This document shows, in pieces, positions 18,601 through 27,299 of a DNA stretch of 31,040 bases (position 1 is the stretch's first letter; every line of letters starts with the position of its first letter). Both the position numbers and the translations under genes were made by a program. Below the pieces are notes generated by a model that worked only from the letters and a program-made list of their open reading frames with translations, made no database searches and was not told the origin of the DNA. The stretch lies in IMG/VR virus record IMGVR_UViG_3300017716_001892, positions 1-31,040 of that record. One strand, given 5' to 3'. This stretch comes from a virus. Its lineage: Duplodnaviria; Caudoviricetes.

Positions 18601-21507
18601 TTCTATAGGCCCATCAAACCCGGTGACAACATCGTAATTTAGGTCGGATATTAATCCGGTTGTACTTGTTTCCCAAAACACGTCTAATAATGATTGCACT
18701 GGTTTTGTTTCATAAACACCTAAATATGGCACCATATAAGTACCCTCTTCACCTATAGCTGCTGAAGTTGATATTCTACCTATTAAAGAGTTTGTTTGTA
18801 ATTGATACAAGTTTAGCCCGGCTGTGCCTTGTATATTGTCTACGGTGTTTTGTAAAAAATTAAAGTCCGTTGCGTTTGCTATTGAAGAAACCGTATCTGC
18901 TTTTCTAGTTGGATAATATTGTTTATTGTCTCCTTTAACAATATATAATGAATCAGCTATTGCAAAACTATTTTTTGTGCTTATATATATTTTATTATTA
19001 GGAGTGTCCTCCTCTATCTTTGTTATAAATGTATTCCAATACCACGGCGCTGCTGATGAAGAATTTGCGTCAGAATAAATTGCATCTCCAACCTCCATTT
19101 CAGCAAGTAAACCAGGGTATATTGCTGGATCGTATTCTATTATATTTGTATTGGACCCAGCTATTGCAGCTACAAATGGGTCGGAAAGAGAATATGTATT
19201 TTCTACTCTTCCATATAATTCAACACTACTTCTATATTGTTTTTGGTCAGGCCCAACTTCACTTAAGTCCCTAGGTATTTTATTTATATTGTCGTTTATT
19301 AAAACAATATGAGCGGTCCTATTAACTTCGTTGGTTGGAAAATCAGCAATATTTATACCGTTATTTAGCGTTGGTGCGCCCGCTCCTGAGTATGTAACTT
19401 GCGATCCAGTCGTTTGCTGTAAAGGATAAGCGTTTAACATGCCAGGCAAATATGCATTGTAGTAATCATGCTCTTGCTGACGCACAACCACCTTATACGA
19501 ATACCAGCCAATTGGATTTATTAAGTATCCAAATTTTGTATCTGGGATAGGAGCAGGTATAGTTGGATCAAACTCATATATATCAGAGATAGGCCCATCC
19601 GTAGTTACGGTCCACTCAAGCCCCGGTACGTTTGTTTCTACAGACGTTAATACTTTTACATAATCAGTATATAACCCTCTTAAATACGTGCCCACATCTG
19701 GCACAACGCTTTTGCGCCCAGGGGTTGGGTCAAGATTAAAAACATAAGTATTGCCGATTATACTAGAATATATAATTGAAAATCCGGAGTTTGGCCAATT
19801 AGTTGGCGTTGCATATAGTCCAGGCGTGCCATTCTGTATGTCTCTTATAGAATTAATTTGCGAATTTATAATTGTAAACAAAGCAGAACCCGGCCAATCA
19901 CGTGGGGTTACATCATTAATACTAGATATATACGGTGCGTACACAGTTGATCCGCCAAATTGAGCTGGTATAACAATTCCCGTTTGCGCAATGTCTATTG
20001 TAGATAATATAACCGATGATTGTCTTCCAAATTTATCCGATAATATAAATCCTACTTGATAATTTCTGTTTTGTTTTAATGTATGATTTGGGTATTCAAT
20101 AAAACTATCGTATACTTTTGATTTATTAGATACGGCAGTATTGTAGTTTATTGAAGAAGGGGGAGTGTAATTTGAACGGTAATTAGCGTACATTATTCTA
20201 TTGCCAGAGCTTTCTTGGGCAAGCGCGCGTGTTGGAACGGTGTCGTATACACGGGTTGTTTGCGATTCGGGTAAAGTTTTATGTGGCTTTTGAGATTGAT
20301 ATTTATATGTATAAATATTTGTATCAACAGCAGAATTACTAATTTCCCCCACTTCTATCGTGTCAACCACCTGCACCGCAAGAGAATCCGATTCCTTATA
20401 CAGTATTTCTATTTCTTGTATTTTATAAGAATCCGCAATACGGTTTCCTGTATCAGGCAACGGGATTAGAAGCTCTATGTTATTAACGTTGTTTTCCATC
20501 CACCTAACAACGGTACTTTGAAAAGCGTTAGATTCATCTTTATTTATAAAAAATCCCTTTTGTTTTGGTATATAAGCTATTTGTGTGAATGGAGCCATTA
20601 TAGAATACTCGTTGTCGTCATATTTTATTCTATAACTAAATCTAACAAACCTGTCTTCTAAGAAGTCCGGATCGCCAGGCCATGATGGTACGTCGGCTTG
20701 ATCAGACATAGTGGATGTTGCAAATGTTAAAACATCACCAACCGCGACTAGCGCAGGGTAATTCTGATACAACGTAACTATATTACCAGTAATATCAGTA
20801 ACAAGAGCATAATCACTTATATCAATATTTTCGCCAATAACCGTCATACCAACCGTTATACCGGTTACGGTATCAAGTTCTAATTGATTTAAAGAAGTTA
20901 GCGTGTCAACTGTTGCTTGCGCTTTTCTTATTAAAGATATAGGCTCGACTGGGGCGTATTTTGCTACTGAAATTTGAGTTTCATTAGTATAATATGTTGG
21001 GTTGACCACCTTTGTTGGATTAGCAAGATTAACATTTATTTTTCTTGGCTGATTCCTATTGTCAGTCCAGAATAATAAATCCTCTATTAAATTTACTCCG
21101 GTAATTTGGCATTCTTTATTTGTAGCAAAATTTAAAAACAATCCTTCTACCAATGTTACACTAGTATTTGAAATAGTGTTATACGAGGTTATTTTCATTA
21201 TATAGGCATTCCCATCGTCAGGCAAATTGATTTGGGCAGGAACTGGATCCGTATAGTTTGTTAGAAATCTATAAATTCTATTATTATTGTTATCCATGAA
21301 CATCCCTATGCACTGCAAAGAGCTATCCTCTTGCGAAGCAATTATCAATGAATTACCTCTAGCGCTTTGCGCCGCGCCAATATCATCTTGTTCAGATTTA
21401 CCAATCTGTATATTTAACGCGTCTCTGTATTGTCCATTTGGAATAATCCTATCATCTAGGTCTTTATTCATTTTGGACTGCAAAAAAGTATTTTTAATTT
21501 CTGCCAT
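15691..21507 (-). CDS. Tail muzzle/stabilization protein, N-terminal part, with a ~970-aa C-terminal extension including a cadherin-like domain
   Basis: 1938 aa. The N-terminus MAEIKNTFLQSKMNKDLDDRIIPNGQYRDALNIQ plus LLFWTDNRNQPRKIN, RFSYRIKYDDNEYS.MAPF, GNRIMYANY and LKQNRNYQVG..L.DKFGRQSSV are typical of crAss-like stabilization proteins. Confidence 0.8.
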   Translation of the reverse strand: MAEIKNTFLQSKMNKDLDDRIIPNGQYRDALNIQIGKSEQDDIGAAQSARGNSLIIASQEDSSLQCIGMFMDNNNNRIYRFLTNYTDPVPAQINLPDDGNAYIMKITSYNTISNTSVTLVEGLFLNFATNKECQITGVNLIEDLLFWTDNRNQPRKINVNLANPTKVVNPTYYTNETQISVAKYAPVEPISLIRKAQATVDTLTSLNQLELDTVTGITVGMTVIGENIDISDYALVTDITGNIVTLYQNYPALVAVGDVLTFATSTMSDQADVPSWPGDPDFLEDRFVRFSYRIKYDDNEYSIMAPFTQIAYIPKQKGFFINKDESNAFQSTVVRWMENNVNNIELLIPLPDTGNRIADSYKIQEIEILYKESDSLAVQVVDTIEVGEISNSAVDTNIYTYKYQSQKPHKTLPESQTTRVYDTVPTRALAQESSGNRIMYANYRSNYTPPSSINYNTAVSNKSKVYDSFIEYPNHTLKQNRNYQVGFILSDKFGRQSSVILSTIDIAQTGIVIPAQFGGSTVYAPYISSINDVTPRDWPGSALFTIINSQINSIRDIQNGTPGLYATPTNWPNSGFSIIYSSIIGNTYVFNLDPTPGRKSVVPDVGTYLRGLYTDYVKVLTSVETNVPGLEWTVTTDGPISDIYEFDPTIPAPIPDTKFGYLINPIGWYSYKVVVRQQEHDYYNAYLPGMLNAYPLQQTTGSQVTYSGAGAPTLNNGINIADFPTNEVNRTAHIVLINDNINKIPRDLSEVGPDQKQYRSSVELYGRVENTYSLSDPFVAAIAGSNTNIIEYDPAIYPGLLAEMEVGDAIYSDANSSSAAPWYWNTFITKIEEDTPNNKIYISTKNSFAIADSLYIVKGDNKQYYPTRKADTVSSIANATDFNFLQNTVDNIQGTAGLNLYQLQTNSLIGRISTSAAIGEEGTYMVPYLGVYETKPVQSLLDVFWETSTTGLISDLNYDVVTGFDGPIEINEFDSKLIESQSKTDPHVFGGPTGVAGSSWITDNIYPLNQSGIKVMTTSASIDSVFIAGSNNSVAGSFDIVESPAASGDYRIYIKDNFQFLHNSLTANKYTFNVSFMYNNISYPYFFEISLENEEPLFLTPGGYDMEVSSPDVGTVIETIGAENGSALQLPNGLWWEITGGNSGGYFSINQTTGELSLLSLPPVDVYTITVQITDAVSFANPQSPQELITTSSIPFSSRSATETIIIKSIPAELNDHIRGYNSGPLVWQNAAPFGTVDITKNDLQPVSRLAHPYGYGLVYVGAQASATTPAVTILFGQGINRYIRMPDVPTADKQFQTVHNVAVENGYTPTALSQGTMRWTVNLHGHRMPNTTPVSAIRTWQFQAAHASFLLYWRPTGSTSRADWKLADANINAQPNTDNNYNFTEMSWDTSAGGDTPYSNVGYPGGNVWQQQSMAGRVWNVAKSIVTSMSSSGDFNQVIPSRRGLCWGQFYSPLVYTTGAPFREGGPNMGYYLTEPNQVLSYKGAPDVYCAPYQRFVMTRTSSNPVWDYPNPNNYGVTSIWATNSGSPYGPVFSNPVYYRYTMSVNDTYIAPYGTGQESINNFSDVTLVLSRHKPWLTSSDGGLSIWMYPSLGIYSTNSTATIKRSVSFTTSRPGEYCLAVRMIDTSNVAFRKTIDGEDIGPYVTVEIDDANYTYDGSGNRNPDTAYEYNFRINNAGGNASGVPLNKQDAKIWDFKRTVTSLTAVVADDVITLDQTSWAALSPIILTDGMQVSGSLIPGGTLITAVNQATHVITISNNVTIPAGHVFDIEPQAGVPTSVDVFSPTNSGTEVKFFYTDSLMTQKWIPPVADAFYTFRNKLRLYQVGSADDDDHQPDVTLQPNFCARFDANGLVIPFWDLSDLNWNPWAMYESPIPLTQLQLEDIYHVKDVTMTKKLPHLAPLIMTAWTNNTSKTWIDGEGATREFVNNYHENISQTII

Positions 21508-21511
21508 TTAA

Positions 21512-22747
21512 TTAGTGTTTAATCCATTTAGATTTACCTCTCATTACTTGGGTAATTTCTTCTAATTTGATATTAGATAATCTTATTTTAGCGTTTCTTA
21601 ATTTTGCGCTTTTTTCCCTATGTAATCTATTTACTAAATACTCAGGTTGATTCGCTCGAGTTGAAATAACAGCATGAAGAATATATGCGTACGCTGCCTC
21701 TTCCGCCATTTTTGGTATTCTTGAATCTAAATCATAAGCTAAGCCATCTGATATATACTCAAAAGTTATAACAAGACCAACAAGATCACTTGAAAAATTA
21801 ATCTTATTTTCTCTGTCATTTATTGTAAACGACCCATTTATGTTTGCGTGTTGTGGGTCTATGCCGTATCGCCTGCCGTAAAAGTCCCCGTATCCCCAGT
21901 CGTAATTTTGCCAACCATATGGGTACTGAGAATTTAAACTTCCTGCTAAGCCATTGCTTGCGTTCCATCTTTCTTCTATTATAGCGGTACCCTCAATGTT
22001 GTCATCAAAACTACTTTGTATTGGTACACCTAAATTATCCTGTATTGGCATCTCTGTGGGATTCAGAGTAAGCGAAGTGGGTAAAATTCTATGTGTAATA
22101 CCCATACTATCCACAAAAGACAGTTTGACGTAGTTTACATAGTCTTGCGGTAATGGGACGGATAGATTATTTGGAATACTTAGTTCTTGTATCTTTATGC
22201 TTTTTAACGTATCATAGCTAAACTCTTGTAAAGCCCGCTTAGCGTGAAAAATAATGTCTGTTCTTTTTGCATTACCAATTAATTTACCTGTTCCAACATA
22301 CGCTGCCATGAAGTTATTAATTATATCATTGAGCTTCATGTACGCATAACTGCCGTAGTTCTCTTCTACAGTTCTACCATACGCGTCTTGATCCCCATAA
22401 TTACCTCCGTTAACAGATTTTAATTGAACAACTATTATGTCGTCTGTATTAAGATATACAGGCACGCTTTCTGTGCCAATCTTTACTGTATTCCCTTCAA
22501 GATAATACGCACTAGTGTATTCAGTGTAAATAACGCCATTACCTGGACCAGCAGGGCTATAATATAACTTAAAATTATTAAGTTCGTAATCTGGTTCTAA
22601 TGGATCCCAGTTTCCTAGAAAAAGGTTGGTATTAAAAGTGCATGGGAATGTATCCGCTGTTACTGGATCTGATACCTGAAAACCTTGAGCGCCTTCGTAA
22701 TATTGTCTATTAGTTTCGGTTATTAAACCTCCGTTTGGAAATGGCAT
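21512..22747 (-). CDS. Tail ring / tubular structural protein
   Basis: 411 aa. DIIFHAKRALQEFSYD, LPQDYVNYVKLS, INFSSDL...EYISDG and K.RNAKIRLSNIKLEEITQVMRGKSKWIKH; located directly upstream of the muzzle gene. Confidence 0.7.
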   Translation of the reverse strand: MPFPNGGLITETNRQYYEGAQGFQVSDPVTADTFPCTFNTNLFLGNWDPLEPDYELNNFKLYYSPAGPGNGVIYTEYTSAYYLEGNTVKIGTESVPVYLNTDDIIVVQLKSVNGGNYGDQDAYGRTVEENYGSYAYMKLNDIINNFMAAYVGTGKLIGNAKRTDIIFHAKRALQEFSYDTLKSIKIQELSIPNNLSVPLPQDYVNYVKLSFVDSMGITHRILPTSLTLNPTEMPIQDNLGVPIQSSFDDNIEGTAIIEERWNASNGLAGSLNSQYPYGWQNYDWGYGDFYGRRYGIDPQHANINGSFTINDRENKINFSSDLVGLVITFEYISDGLAYDLDSRIPKMAEEAAYAYILHAVISTRANQPEYLVNRLHREKSAKLRNAKIRLSNIKLEEITQVMRGKSKWIKH

Positions 22748-22753
22748 ACCTTA

Positions 22754-23668
22754 TTAGCTTTTTGAATTTATATTTTCTGCTTGAGCTTGTTGCGCAGCTA
22801 TCTGTATTACTTGTGGGTCATTTATTATAATTCCAGAATATAAAAGTATTTTGGTTATGAGCATGGTTTGCTCGCTTGGATGCAACTCAAAGTTTATGGA
22901 TGCATTTGTATTATATACATATTGATAATAGGGAGCGGTTGTTGTAAACGCCCATAGTGGATTTGAAGGTTTCCTTAAATATGTAACCGATATATTGGAA
23001 GTTATGGAAGACGGTGATACATTTATTAAGTAATTTTTATATGTATAGACCGGGTAATCTGTAGACGGTTTCGTCAATGTTGATAAACCTAGCTCTAATA
23101 ACTCATTAGGCCTTACGTATTGAACTTCTTTGTCTCCATTATATATAACTGTGCCTAACTTATATAAATTGTTTACATAAGCCGAAATGATTATATTTGA
23201 ATCTGCTGTTGGTGTGTTTTGCAGCGTTAGAACGTTACTTGATATTGTCCAACTATTAGTAGGCAGAATAACCCCGTCAATACTGACTGTAGCGTATCCT
23301 GAGCCAATTAGTTGACTTGATATTGATTGCAATGAATATTGCAAAACATCTTGAACCGCTAAAAAGAATTCTGTAATTGGAAACGAGCTTACAGCAGGGA
23401 TATAAAAAGAATCTCCATTATAAACACAATTATTCATTTCTTCAAATACAGATATTTTTTCTTGTAGGCTTTTTACACGATCTGAATATTCACTATCATT
23501 ATCTGGTATGCGCAATTGCTGATTTAAGTCATCAAAATAACTTTCAAAAATCTCAAGTTGCACTTGAGCGGCCGTTTTATTAAACTCGTCTGGAGTCATA
23601 TAACCGCGCTGTTCTTTATTTAGTATTAATAATACTGTTCTATAAACTGTATCTACACTTACCGCCAT
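22754..23668 (-). CDS. Head-tail adaptor / ring protein
   Basis: 304 aa. VDTVYRTVLLILNKEQRGYMTPDEFN..A..VQLEIFE, YLRKP..P.W and FELHPSE; ring-protein position in a crAss-like operon. Confidence 0.65.
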   Translation of the reverse strand: MAVSVDTVYRTVLLILNKEQRGYMTPDEFNKTAAQVQLEIFESYFDDLNQQLRIPDNDSEYSDRVKSLQEKISVFEEMNNCVYNGDSFYIPAVSSFPITEFFLAVQDVLQYSLQSISSQLIGSGYATVSIDGVILPTNSWTISSNVLTLQNTPTADSNIIISAYVNNLYKLGTVIYNGDKEVQYVRPNELLELGLSTLTKPSTDYPVYTYKNYLINVSPSSITSNISVTYLRKPSNPLWAFTTTAPYYQYVYNTNASINFELHPSEQTMLITKILLYSGIIINDPQVIQIAAQQAQAENINSKS

Positions 23669-23683
23669 TTTGTATATTTATTA

Positions 23684-23722
23684 TAATATTAAAGCGGTAA
23701 CCTGAGCTACCGCTTAATATTA
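23684..23722 (-). terminator. Intergenic stem-loop (terminator or mRNA-processing hairpin)
   Basis: TAATATTAAAGCGGTA-acctgagc-TACCGCTTAATATTA, a near-perfect inverted repeat between the 281-aa and 304-aa genes. Confidence 0.65.
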
Positions 23723-23735
23723 ATATTACGTGTTA

Positions 23736-24581
23736 TTATAATTTTTTCTCTATGGATCGGTATATTTCTACGCCTTCATCCGTTTTAAAGAATGCAGCCA
23801 TTGCTGAGTATGGATTTTCATCAAATGGTACTGTCATTAATTTTCTATCGTTCGCTCCCCAATGGAAAGTTCTTTGATCTTGTGATAATCTAATGATGCC
23901 GGCTTCAGCAGCACGGATTGCAAAATTACGCAGTTGCACATTGTCATCATTCGCAAGTTCAATAAACAATGCTGGATTTCGTTTTGCAAACAACATTAAG
24001 TCGCGTTTGATTTCTTTAGAACTCATTTTAGAAACAGCCGATCCGAGTTCTACTCGCATAATTGCTTCTGCTGCATCAATATCTAAATCCTTAGCTGCAT
24101 TCATTGCAACCAATTCCAGTTCTAGATCTTCTAATTCATCTTCCGCTTCTGCAGTTCCATCAAATTCTGCATACCTTTTATTGAGGAATGGATGATATAA
24201 TGATAGCATCTTTTGCAAGCTTTGCATTTCTTTAGGCACAAATAATGCACCGTCTTCAAATACAATATGCCCTAATACAGCTTCTCCTTTTTGGTCCTCC
24301 ACGAATGATGAACCATGGTTTGTTGTATATCTTAATTCTTTTTGTTCGCCGTTTTCTTCATCAAGCCATAATAATGGGTATCGAGCCGAATGTCTTGTTG
24401 GTATACTATAGGTTAAAGAAGAAACATTACCTAATAAATAATAATTTCTATCTTTAATTTCCCATGTTGGTTTTGGTTTTGCTTTTGGTGTGACCGTTGT
24501 AGCTGTTTCCTCAACCTTAATTTCTTTTTTTACTTCTAAGTCAATATACTTTTCAGTAACTTCTTTTTCTAATCTTGCCAT
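23736..24581 (-). CDS. Conserved hypothetical protein downstream of major capsid
   Basis: 281 aa intact ORF with an AT-rich leader (TTATATTATATT-ATG); helical acidic C-terminal half; no function recognisable. Confidence 0.7.
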   Translation of the reverse strand: MARLEKEVTEKYIDLEVKKEIKVEETATTVTPKAKPKPTWEIKDRNYYLLGNVSSLTYSIPTRHSARYPLLWLDEENGEQKELRYTTNHGSSFVEDQKGEAVLGHIVFEDGALFVPKEMQSLQKMLSLYHPFLNKRYAEFDGTAEAEDELEDLELELVAMNAAKDLDIDAAEAIMRVELGSAVSKMSSKEIKRDLMLFAKRNPALFIELANDDNVQLRNFAIRAAEAGIIRLSQDQRTFHWGANDRKLMTVPFDENPYSAMAAFFKTDEGVEIYRSIEKKL

Positions 24582-24612
24582 AATATAATATAATTTAATA
24601 ATTTTTAGTTAA

Positions 24613-24655
24613 GGTAAATATTACCCCCACAAATACAGCGGGGGTAAATATTACC
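24613..24655 (-). terminator. Stem-loop downstream of the major capsid gene, flanked by two copies of GGTAAATATTACC
   Basis: The - strand RNA forms UACCCCCGC-uguauuu-GUGGGGGUA. The 13-mer is repeated at 24613-24625 and 24643-24655. Confidence 0.65.
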
Positions 24656-24668
24656 ATTTTTTTTGCTA

Positions 24669-26114
24669 CTATGCTGTAAACAACACAAAGTTGTTAGCGG
24701 CTTGTACGCATAAACATCTTTCAGACAAAAAGTGAATCTCCATTGCATCAAGATCAGAAGTGTAAGCACCTCCAACAGATCCAGTTGTCCAAGATTTCAT
24801 ACGACGGTCATCGGCTTGAGAAGCACGGTAACGAACGTGTAAGAAAGGACGACGAATATTAGTACCTAATTGCTCATCATAAACAGTGGATGTTCCGGCT
24901 GGAAGCAATACACCATCAATAGCGTTACTAGCAACAGCTCCACGAGTAGATGCGTCATTCAAATATTTCCAATCAGTTTTGTAGAAATCGTAAGATCCAC
25001 GACGGAAACCGGTAAATCCTAAGTTCAAAGACATTTGCTCTGAGTTTTCAAATAGCCCGTAAGCAACACCACCGGCTGATCCAGCTGATAAAGCAGCAAG
25101 CATATCATCAAAATCCAATGAAGTTTGACGGTTTAAGAACAGCATGTTTTCTTCAATTGCCCCTTGAGTATCTAAGTTTTTCAATACAGCATCAAAGTTA
25201 GCGATACCAGCAGCAGCAGAGAAACCTGTAACTTGGTTACCACGAGCTTTAATAGCCGCGAATAAACCTTGTGTTCCTTTTAGTGGTTTTCCATTAGGCG
25301 GCGTAAATCCAATAGCAGCAGATGATGCAGCAGCTAATTCGCCTTCAACAACGGACATTTCTAAGTAATCTTCAAAACGCAAACGAGTTTCGGAAGCGGC
25401 TTTCAAATACCATAAGTATCCAGTAGCACCATCTTCTGTAGCAACATCTACCCATCCAATTTGAGCCGTGTCTGAACCATTTACGGTGTATTTTGAACGG
25501 ATGATAATTGGCGAATTTGAAAATTGAGTAAATGAAGGAGTAACTGAAACATAGTTAGAGTTGATTGCAGAACCTTTTGAATATTCAGAACCGTATACGA
25601 AAATTTTAAATCCGCTTAAAGAAACAGCAAATCCAGCAGCAGACAAATCTAGGGCTGTATATGGAAGCAGTGTAAGCAAAGCTGTACCTGTCCCGGGAGC
25701 TGTACTGGCAGAAACATAACATTTTGCTTCAACTCCTGTGGTAGGATTCATAATAACTACGGTAGAACCAACGCTAATAACATTAACAATAGTCGTAGAC
25801 TCTGCGAATGATACTTGATTTGTGGTGGCTGTAGTAGAAACGCTATTGTAAGCAATATGTAAACGGTTTTGCTCTGACCAAATAACTTGATCTGAAGTCA
25901 TTGGCATTTCAGCGCCAACCATACGCAAGAATCCAGAAAGAGTTCTGTTTCCATAACGCTCTACTTCGTTTTCGTAGATTTCAGGTAAATATTGTTTAGC
26001 GAATGTACCTCCACCAGACGCGCTGTCAAAGGTTAAATAATTTGTAGCAAGCGCTTGTTGCACTTGCGATGGTACGATACTTCCGAACGCACCACTTGGT
26101 GATGTAAAAGCCAT
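24669..26114 (-). CDS. Major capsid protein (HK97 fold, Crassvirales-like)
   Basis: 481 aa. QYLPEIYE.EVERYGNRT..GFLRMVGAEMPM.SDQVIWSEQ.RLH, GTQGLFAAI..RG, LNLGF.GFRRGSYDFYKTDWKYLND and HFLSERCL; follows portal and scaffold and precedes a strong hairpin. Confidence 0.88.
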   Translation of the reverse strand: MAFTSPSGAFGSIVPSQVQQALATNYLTFDSASGGGTFAKQYLPEIYENEVERYGNRTLSGFLRMVGAEMPMTSDQVIWSEQNRLHIAYNSVSTTATTNQVSFAESTTIVNVISVGSTVVIMNPTTGVEAKCYVSASTAPGTGTALLTLLPYTALDLSAAGFAVSLSGFKIFVYGSEYSKGSAINSNYVSVTPSFTQFSNSPIIIRSKYTVNGSDTAQIGWVDVATEDGATGYLWYLKAASETRLRFEDYLEMSVVEGELAAASSAAIGFTPPNGKPLKGTQGLFAAIKARGNQVTGFSAAAGIANFDAVLKNLDTQGAIEENMLFLNRQTSLDFDDMLAALSAGSAGGVAYGLFENSEQMSLNLGFTGFRRGSYDFYKTDWKYLNDASTRGAVASNAIDGVLLPAGTSTVYDEQLGTNIRRPFLHVRYRASQADDRRMKSWTTGSVGGAYTSDLDAMEIHFLSERCLCVQAANNFVLFTA

Positions 26115-26131
26115 AATTTTGGTTTTTTAGT

Positions 26132-27271
26132 TTAAAATTGTTTTTGAATTTTTAGTTTTGTAGAGTCAACGCCATTAATTGCGCGCACTTTAAAGCCATT
26201 AACAAAAGCTTCCCCAGTACTTGTTTTACGTCCTTCGGGATTTATATTATTAGATTTAGCAACAACCTCTTTAATTGCATCGGCTTTGCCTTGCTCATAA
26301 AAGTGTTTTGCAATAGTGTCTACGTTTTCGGCAGCATACATAGCTTTATGGTATCCCTTCAAATCTACAACCTCTCCAGAATCATTCAAGAACTTCTTGA
26401 CTAGATTAGTTATATTTGATTGTTTTTCCGCTACACTCTCGCTGTTTTGCAAATTGTACTTAAATGATTTTTCACCTAAATTGAAATCAAAACCTTTGAA
26501 TTCTTGTGTAAAAAAACTTTTTGTGTCACTTACAAACTTAGAGTGTTTTTGCTCTATAAGCTTTTGCTCTTCGCTATATCGGTTAAAAAAGTCAGATGCT
26601 TTTTTCTGATCTGTATTCAATGATGGTCTCAACTTGATTTCATCATAATATTTTACTTTAAGATCATCCAAAAACGTTCGGGCTTTGGCAACTTCTTCTT
26701 TAAATGCGAGTTTCTTTTTTCTGATGTCTCGCTCATCATCTTCATCCTCGTCATAACTAAAATTGTCTTCCATTAAGAAATCAATTTCTTCGTTATCTAA
26801 ATGAGGTCTTGATTTTTTGTAATATTCTTTTAACAATGCCCCCGTGTTAACATTCGAATAATCTGTATTAAGTCTAATGTAGTCTTCAACTGTTCCGCCT
26901 GTTTCCTCCATAAATGAAACAAGTTTCTCAATGTTTTCAGGCAAACTTTTGCCGGTTTTTTCAGAAAAAGCAATAGCCTCTTGTGCTTCTTCTTTTAACT
27001 CAGTTGCTTGCTCATTAATTACTATTACTTCTTTTTCATCCTGTTCGGCAATGATTTTAGGTTCTTCGTTTCCTTCGACCACTTCTTGCAATCCCACTTC
27101 GGATTGTTCTGAGACCAACAGGCTTTCATTTGCGATTTGCTCTTGAATGGCATCTTTCTCTTTCTTATTAGTTAAATCTACTTTTGTAATGGCTTCTTGT
27201 TCTACCATTTTTTTCATACGGGGTTTTGTTTTTATTTTGAAATCCCCTTCTTGGTTTACTGTTTCTGACAT
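26132..27271 (-). CDS. Putative scaffolding protein
   Basis: 379 aa, with an acidic low-complexity N-terminus and coiled coil, between portal and capsid genes; HFYEQGKADA near the C-terminus. Confidence 0.6.
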   Translation of the reverse strand: MSETVNQEGDFKIKTKPRMKKMVEQEAITKVDLTNKKEKDAIQEQIANESLLVSEQSEVGLQEVVEGNEEPKIIAEQDEKEVIVINEQATELKEEAQEAIAFSEKTGKSLPENIEKLVSFMEETGGTVEDYIRLNTDYSNVNTGALLKEYYKKSRPHLDNEEIDFLMEDNFSYDEDEDDERDIRKKKLAFKEEVAKARTFLDDLKVKYYDEIKLRPSLNTDQKKASDFFNRYSEEQKLIEQKHSKFVSDTKSFFTQEFKGFDFNLGEKSFKYNLQNSESVAEKQSNITNLVKKFLNDSGEVVDLKGYHKAMYAAENVDTIAKHFYEQGKADAIKEVVAKSNNINPEGRKTSTGEAFVNGFKVRAINGVDSTKLKIQKQF

Positions 27272-27299
27272 GATATGATAATATATAATTGGTTATTTT

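Noticed and set aside
1874-24671. TAG-to-Gln recoding as seen in some crAss-like phages
   Set aside because: Very long ORFs are intact in the standard code, and TAG acts as an apparent stop (capsid ends TAG TAG; giant protein ends TAG). Only local readthrough at 1876 remains conceivable.
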